From positions 522,595-586,594 of the forward strand of contig CAVNZM010000016.1 in assembly GCA_963693365.1 (NCBI GenBank): a DNA stretch of 64,000 bases. The letters are read 5' to 3'. The notes below the pieces were generated by a model. That model was given only the letters and a program-made list of their open reading frames with translations, did no database searches and was not told the DNA's origin. This document shows positions 45,614-64,000 of the stretch, piece by piece (the first letter of the stretch is position 1; every line of letters starts with the position of its first letter). A program made the translations under genes and the position numbers. The stretch comes from Amoebidium appalachense (taxonomy: Eukaryota > Protista > Ichthyosporea).

Positions 45614-47120
45614 CCCACCCACCCACCCACAAAAACAGGGAAAAGAAAAGAAAAGAAAAGAAAAGAAGAAGACGAAGAAGAACAAAGAAGAACGAAGGAA
45701 AGAATTCAAAAGAAAAAAAAGAGGCAAATAGACCAAAAAAAACACTACTCACCAACAAAAACACACGGCACACACACATCCATCCACCCACCCACCCACC
45801 CGCCCACACACACAAGAATGGACACAAACATATCGTGCACAGTTGAGAATCTTTATAACGTTTTGGCATGCACACACACGCACACGCCTGCACACACAGA
45901 CATAAGCACATAAAGCAACCTGGGACAAAAGCACACTTTTGTAGGTGCGCAAAACGGACAAGTACATCCCGTCGAACACGCTCACACATTGAAGCAAATA
46001 AGCTTTCAAGCAGGAGAGCAGGAAAGCAAATAAGCATTCAAGCAGGAAAGCAGCTAGAATTCAAGCAGGAAACTAAGCATTCAAGCAAGAAAACATTCAA
46101 GCAACTAAGCATTCATGCAAGAAAACATTGAAGCAACTAAGCATTCAAGCAAGAAAACATTCAAGCAACTAAGCATTTAAGTGCCAGGAAAGCAACTAGG
46201 CATTCAAGTAGGAAAACAACTAAGCATTCAAGCAGGAAAACATTCAAGCAACTAAGCATTCAATCAGGAAAACCTTCAAGCAGCTAAGCAGTCAAGCAGG
46301 AAAACATTCAAGCAGCTGAGCATTCAAGCAGGAGAAAATTCCAACAGCTAAGCATTCAAGCAGGAAAACATTCAAGCAGCTAAGCATTCAAGCAGGAAAA
46401 CATTCAAGCAGCTAAGCATTCAAGCAACAAGCAATCAAGCAGGAAAGCATACAAGCAACTAAGCATTCAAGCAACAGTTACTAGGCATTCAAGCATTCAA
46501 GCAGGAAAGCAATTAAGCATTTAAGCATTATGAGAAGCCAACGTAGCCAAGCAGGCAAGTACATAGAAAAAGCGGGTGAGGGCACAGAGGTGCACAAGCA
46601 CGCGTGTGAGCTTCCTCATACCCAACCTCGGAGACCATCTCCCAGCATCCTCCCTCACACACGAAGATAACAGACCGACTACATCAACCTGCTCTTGTGT
46701 CCCCACGGGTGCAAACACATGTGCTAACAACCGTTAAAGGTTAAACACACACACAGCAAGGCACTCTATGTGACAAGCACTGACCCTTTCCCCGACGCGC
46801 ACCATAGTGCAAGCGCAGGTTTTTCGAAAACTCGAAAACACACACACTTGAACAACCCCTCTTCAAACACTACTAACCACGAGCGCACACTTATGCCCAC
46901 CACTACAGCAATATTACACACATATAATGGTTGACAACATTGAAGGCAGTAACCCACCTGTCCTCCTCGAGCTGTGCTCTATCTTTTCAAGTTTCTCTTC
47001 CTGTGCCTTCATAGATTTTCCTTTTCTTCCACTTGGTCGGCAGCCTTTGGCAGCCGCTGCAGCACCCGCGTACTCGCATCCTCCAGCGACCATAATTCCT
47101 CTGCCAGCCCAATCTCAATA
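43522..47120 (-). CDS. KCTD-type BTB/POZ domain protein with N-terminal coiled coil and C-terminal beta-propeller-like region; several frameshifts (pseudogene or assembly error)
   Basis: Exon at about 47120-46958 (...MKAQEEKLEK/DRAQLEED|) splices to an acceptor at about 44999. BTB signature RIVLDVGGRHFATTRQTLTSVPGSMLEAWFSG...VFIDRSPVLFYYVLEYL is followed, after a frameshift at about 44763, by EGIRTEFDYFALP and propeller-like blades (LELWDVLTGG, ISAHDVLSGKQLW, DDGKLKVWSV). A further shift lies near 43900 in a (CT)n run. Confidence 0.7.
45990..46530. repeat. Intronic minisatellite, approx. 30-bp unit AGCATTCAAGCAGGAAAACATTCAAGCAACTA
   Basis: Many degenerate tandem copies inside the BTB gene intron. 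Confidence 0.9.
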
Positions 47121-47550
47121 CTGTTTGTGTGACTAAACTACAAAAAACAAAAAAAAACAAAAAAAAAAAAGGACAAAAAACCCGGCTTGCTGCAGGCTAG
47201 CCTTCAGCTAACCAACAATCAACTGAGCCAACTCTCCCTTTTTTTTTTTTCTTTCTTTTTTCTTCCCCGGCTACAAAGTGTAGTTTTTGAATCCGGCGCA
47301 CACGTAGGGCTACCTTTCGTAAAAACGGTTTTTTGCAGTTTCCTTATATGGCTAATCGGATCGAACCGGATTCACGTAGACAGACGGTCACAGTGAGCAG
47401 ACAAAGTTCTGGATAAGGCCATTGGTGTACGCTGTATAAGTGACTTAGTGCACCTATGTATAAGTGACCTATGATCGGCTCACGCCTTGTTTATCTCACG
47501 TATCATAGGGAGAGAGCAAGCACTAAAAGGAAGGAGAGAAAGAAGAAAGA

Positions 47551-58329
<10,779 letters not shown>

Positions 58330-60117
58330 GAGTGGGTAAAGGAACATTTGGTAAGTCGTAGAGGGAAATTGCAAAATATGATGTAATGAAAACGATATTT
58401 CAGCCCATAATGCAAGATACAAGAAACGTGTAGTATACTTCATGTATTTGTGTTAGCAAGGATCATAAGGTTTGATATGATTTACCTAAATACGGTAGGA
58501 ATTAAGGCGTTATTTGATTGAGTTTATCAAGTTGAATGGTGAGATGTTGGTGTGAATTTTGTGTTGAAATCAAAGTAAGGGAGTTGATGTGATTGAGTGG
58601 TGTTGGTCTTGTAGGCCAACATACAGCTGAAACAGAAAGTGCTTATTTTTTTGTTTGTAGTCAAACACACACACACTGGATTTGCATGTGTTTAGGTTGA
58701 CAACTGTGTAGAAACCATGTTAAAACTCACGACCATAACAGGTATGTGTACATCTAAGGTTTTTTTTTGCCGTATTTGCTGTGTTGGTGTGCTTGTTGAG
58801 CAAGTACAGGGGCCGCGCCGGCGCGTGCTAATGCATAGAGGCACAGACCAATGTTGGATTTGTAACTTGATGGTGAAATGAGGTTTAAAAGGGTGGTTGT
58901 AATGGAGAGAGTCTCTCCTTTCTCTTACTTGCTCTCGCACACGTCATCTTTGCCCTTCTATCCCTCTCTTGCCTTATCTTGCCCTCTTTCCCTCCTTCTC
59001 TCTCTTTCTCTCCAGCTCTCCGTCCCTCCCTCTCTCTGTCTCAAAATTTCTCTTTCTCTCCCCGAGGCTCTCTCCCTCTCTCTCACGCCCTCCCTCTCTT
59101 TCTCTCTTGAACCCTCTCCCTCTCCTTGTCCCTCCCTCTCTCCCGGGAGCTTTCTCTCCCCCCTTCAGTCTTTCTCTCTCTCATCTTTCCCTTTCTCCCT
59201 CCCTCTCCCTCGACCCCTCCCTCTCCCTCTCCCTCGGCCCTCTCCCTCTCCCTCTCGAGCTCGCTCTCCCTCTACTCTCCCTCTCGAGGTCGCTCTCCCT
59301 CTCCCCCTCCCAGCTCCCTCTCACCCTCCCCCCCCCCTCCCCCCCTGGGCCCCTCTAGATCTCTCTCTCCAAGCGTCACAAAAATGTGAAACCCAAAATC
59401 AAGCAATTTAAAGCATGCAGGCAGAAGACACTTGAACAGAGCCCATCATCAGGGGGGTTCCTATGCCTCCACAAAAAGCACGGGTTTTGACTATAAATAA
59501 ATCAACCTGTCGCACGTGGTTCCCAACAGCAATAGGCGAGTCCACCCGTCTTGGCCAAAGACGAGCCCTGGGGCGGGCGGGGCGGGGGGGGGGGAGGGGG
59601 GACCGGGAGGGAGGATATTTGGGGGCACATGTGATCAATAATTATTCCGATCGACAAATTGTAGTCCATATGGGTAATAGTTATCAAATCAACACATTTA
59701 TTAGTCATACAAAAGAGCACAGCTCTTTCATATGCACATGTTCAAACTGAAGAATATGAAAAACATACACATTCACATGTATTATCACGCAGAGATACCA
59801 ACTATTCAACTATACCTGCCAGATTCCAACCCACTCATCTCTTTTCGATAGCAACACTGGCAAATCTCAGGGCCAGGGCAAAAAAAAAAAAAGAAAGAAA
59901 GAAAAAAAAAAGACCCTGACAAAAAATAATAAACAAAAAAAAATAAAGAAAGAAAGAAAAAAAGAAAGAAAAGCAAGAAAGAAAAAAGAAATAAAAGAGA
60001 AGACCGTGCAGTTCCATAGAAAAAACGACGAGATTCAACAACCAAAAGCACCGTGTGCTCAGAAAAAGAGAATGAGGGGGGTCCGAGGCAGAAATTTCCG
60101 GTGGGAGGGGGGGTCCA

Positions 60118-60225
60118 TTAGACGTCCTGGGAGACGAATTTGGGGTACTTTGACTCCACATCGGCCCAGCTGGTGCGGCCACGGCAGAGTGAACGAACAA
60201 CCGTGGAGAGCTCGGCAATCTGTGT

Positions 60226-60284
<59 letters not shown>

Positions 60285-60515
60285 TATCGAGCGGTGACTG
60301 TACTGATTACTCCTGCATGCACGTTCCCACTGAAAGGCACTCCTTGTTCGTTTCGGCTGTCTTTGTGCGCCTAAAGACATATTCTCACTTTCAGGCCCAG
60401 TGCATCTGTGTTTGGGTGTGTTCACGTGTACACGCAGAGCAGGTATGTTGTGTGTGAATGTGCCCCCAAGCATGCAACCAGGTTTACAGCAGGATCCTTA
60501 TAGAAGAAGTATGTG

Positions 60516-60586
<71 letters not shown>

Positions 60587-61045
60587 ATGTGCGTGTGCTT
60601 TTTGGGGGGGGGGGAGGGGGGGGGCACATACCGGCAGGCGAACCTGGGCCATTGTGTCCTTCTCACGGAGGGTCACGGTGTTGTTCTTGACGGTCTCAAA
60701 GTCCACCGTGCTGTGGGGAAAACACGAGTTAGGTACATATGCACACACACAACAGACGGAAGATTAGCAACACAGGAGGAAGGAAGGGAGGAGAGGAAGG
60801 AGGAGGAGAGGGGCGGGTGTGGAAGAGGCGCGGGGGGCGAGGGAGGGGGGGGGGGGGGGGGGGGGGGGGGACTGATGTATGCATTAGATGGCTTGAGATA
60901 TGAGGAGACACCAAAGGACAAAATACAAAAAATTCAGAAGAAAGAAAAACCCGAAATCGAACACTTTAGCAATGAAACAAACAAAAAACGTGCAGGCAGA
61001 AGGCACTTGAACATCCTCTGGAAGGACCCGGTTCCTATGCCTCCA

Positions 61046-61138
<93 letters not shown>

Positions 61139-61194
61139 CAGGGGTGGTAAGGACGGGAAGGGGTAGAGAAAAAGCAGGCAGAGAGAGGGGGGGG

Positions 61195-61264
<70 letters not shown>

Positions 61265-61277
61265 GGGGGGGAGGGGG

Positions 61278-61313
<36 letters not shown>

Positions 61314-61323
61314 GGGGGGGGGG

Positions 61324-61389
<66 letters not shown>

Positions 61390-61401
61390 GGGGGGGGGGG
61401 G

Positions 61402-61437
<36 letters not shown>

Positions 61438-61440
61438 GGG

Positions 61441-61504
<64 letters not shown>

Positions 61505-61515
61505 GGGGGGGGAGG

Positions 61516-61562
<47 letters not shown>

Positions 61563-61668
61563 GGGGGGGGGGGGGAGAGAGAGAGAGAGAGAGAGAAAGA
61601 GAGGGGGGGGGGGGGGGGGAGAGAGAGAGAGAGAGAGAGAGAGAGGGGAGAGGGGGGGGGGGGGGGGG

Positions 61669-61728
<60 letters not shown>

Positions 61729-61737
61729 GGGGGGAGG

Positions 61738-61782
<45 letters not shown>

Positions 61783-61785
61783 GGG

Positions 61786-61820
<35 letters not shown>

Positions 61821-61839
61821 GGGGGGGGGGGGGGGGGGG

Positions 61840-61905
<66 letters not shown>

Positions 61906-61912
61906 GGGGGGG

Positions 61913-61970
<58 letters not shown>

Positions 61971-61977
61971 GGGGGGG

Positions 61978-62025
<48 letters not shown>

Positions 62026-62260
62026 GAGAAACAGAGAGAGACGGAGAGAGAGCGAGAGGGAAGGGGAGCATACACAGCGAATGCGGTGCCCAGCTCATCT
62101 GTGCGTGCATATCTGCGGCCCAGGGCTGCACTGCTGTCGTCAATCTTGTAGCTGATGTCGTGCTCTGTAAGGTCCTCGGCTGGGTGGGGGGTGGGGGGGG
62201 GGGGGTGGGGGAGGGGTTAGAATGTGTTACAGAGTACCTAACAATACACGGAGGACGGAA

Positions 62261-62313
<53 letters not shown>

Positions 62314-62657
62314 GCGGGGGTTTGTGCAACAGAGTATGTGCGTTCACGACGGCCATTGATTGTTGGTTTTCGTATTTTGAAAAAAGGGACACAAACAGAG
62401 GTACGTGAAAATTAGAGCTCACTTCAGGGGAGGCATAAGTCATCCGCCGTATCCGATTTTCGACCCATCCACCTCGTCAACGAAATCCCCAACTCAGATA
62501 CTGTTTCACTGGAACATGGGTGGGTCCCATATCTTGATCAGAGAAGAGCAGAGTTACTTATGCAAGCGGGAAACAGGCAAGGGCAATGGGAAATCCGGGG
62601 ACGAAAATTACAGCAGCAAGCAGAAGGGAAGAAAAATATGTCTGTCTGTGTGTGTGT

Positions 62658-62707
<50 letters not shown>

Positions 62708-62819
62708 GGGAGGGAAGGAATGCGCCATAAAGCACGTAATGCATATTCACAACGGACAACACAATACAGAGTGCAACCCATACATAGAAGATAATGCATA
62801 ATTGGCAGAGCCCATCCTC

Positions 62820-62850
<31 letters not shown>

Positions 62851-63396
62851 TGAATGCGGAACACAGTACGAAGTACGCATACACGATGAGAAGCATGGTG
62901 CAGGACACATGCAAAGGCAAACATTCAAGTATGCAGCATCAGCCATGCGCACAGTATGCGTCATAAGCAGAGCCCATCCTCAGGGAGGGCCCAAGTCATC
63001 AATTGCGTCTGAGTTTCGACCCCTTAGCCCGCGTATATACGACGCTCCAACTCAGACAGCAGCATCAACTGAACTTGGGTGGGTCAACCCGTCTTGATCA
63101 AAGACGAGCAGGGTTGCTTATGCAAGCAAGGTGAGCAAAACGGTGAAGATGTATGTGCAAACTAATGCAGTGCAGCGACAAACGCGTATGTGCTTACAGA
63201 TGCACGACACAGAGCAACCATGCCCGGTTGCATGGAAGTAAAGATGTATGTCTGGGGGGGGGGGGGGGGGGGGGGGGGGGGAAGAAAGGGGGGAAAAATA
63301 CCGATTTGAGAGATGAAGGGACCGAGTTCCTTCGAGTTGCTGATGGGGAGAAGAGCAACCTTGAGGGGGGGCTACGATGGGGGGAATGCTGAGCAC
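60118..63396 (-). CDS. GARS1: Glycyl-tRNA synthetase (alpha2/eukaryotic type), C-terminal anticodon-binding domain; 5' part lies beyond the window
   Basis: Exons 63396-63302, 62179-62074, 60710-60632 and 60219-60118 give [121 protein letters not shown]. There is one extra base in the G7 run at 63365-63371. A micro-exon at about 63926-63907 is possible. Confidence 0.93.
61180..62035. repeat. Approx. 850-bp almost purine-only (GA)n/poly-G higher-order repeat
   Basis: Alternating (GA)n and G-runs, with a GAGTAGGGG marker at about 61261, 61387, 61501, 61725 and 61902, inside a GlyRS intron. Confidence 0.9.
62217..63252 (+). mobile_element. Array of poly-G-anchored repeats, including a full-length subfamily A copy (62849-63252)
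   Basis: Units at about 62217-62258, 62330-62590, 62718-62820 and 62849-63252. The last begins in the G-run directly after the CAGAGCCCATCCTC core of the previous unit. Confidence 0.8.
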
Positions 63397-63835
63397 CTGT
63401 GCGTGTGTGTACGTGTGTGTGTGTGAACATGTGTGTGTGTGCAGTGTGTGTGTACGTGTGTCTACGTGTGTGTGTGTGTGTGCGTGCGTGCGTGTACGTG
63501 TATGTACGTGTGTGCGTGCTTGTAGCGCATGTGTATGAATGTGTGTGTGTGTATGTGTGAGTGTGTGTGGATAGTTGCATAAGAACCATTTTCCACCCCT
63601 CTGCCTCATACCTTCACATATTTATTCACATGTTTTAGGCATAGGATAGATGCTGGCGTTACCACACGCTCCCAAGGGGGCCGAGGAGAAAGAGAGGAGA
63701 ATAAGAACCGACCAACACACGCACGGGCGGGGAGAAAAGGAGAGCAGGAGAACAGTGTGTGTGTGTGTGTTGGGGAAGGGGGGGGGGGGGGTGGAGGGGG
63801 TAGAGTGGTGGTGGTGGTGTTGGTGGTGGTATGTG

Positions 63836-63880
<45 letters not shown>

Positions 63881-64000
63881 GCGTGTGTGTGTCAGCAAGT
63901 GAGTACCCCCGTTGGTGATCCAGCATCTGTGTGTGCGTGAGGCGATATGGGGGAAGGGGGGGGGGGGGGGGGGGGGAGGGGAAGGGGGGGGAGGAGGAGG

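Overview
Eukaryotic, intron-rich genomic DNA. It is probably from a unicellular opisthokont such as a holozoan protist; this is inferred from an animal-like VWA8, MED4 and GlyRS alongside a fungal-type tryptophan biosynthesis gene. Most ORFs in the supplied track are artefacts of poly-G/C, (CA)n and (GA)n repeats. Manual splicing recovers four conserved genes: VWA8 (minus, 22 exons, runs off the left end), MED4 (plus, head-to-head with VWA8), a bifunctional IGPS-PRAI gene (trpC-trpF, plus, 12 exons) and the 3' end of glycyl-tRNA synthetase (minus, runs off the right end). The interval at about 27-47 kb is accessory. It holds an unknown acidic/coiled-coil gene, two inverted MYND-finger last-exon copies, an intronless bacterial-like cupin, a tandem-array miniature copia-type LTR element (TRIM) with a half-tRNAiMet primer site inserted in a poly-G run, and a BTB/KCTD + beta-propeller gene. 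The most unusual structures are: (1) a short repeat family of about 20 copies anchored on poly-G/C runs that appears to insert into its own G-run; (2) CCATATATGG-type motifs beside many 3' splice sites; (3) (GT)n...(CA)n-bracketed introns and acceptors lacking U-rich tracts; (4) repeated duplication of exon ends and splice sites into neighbouring introns. Single-base homopolymer frameshifts in GlyRS and TrpF indicate assembly indel errors, so pseudogene calls here are unsafe.
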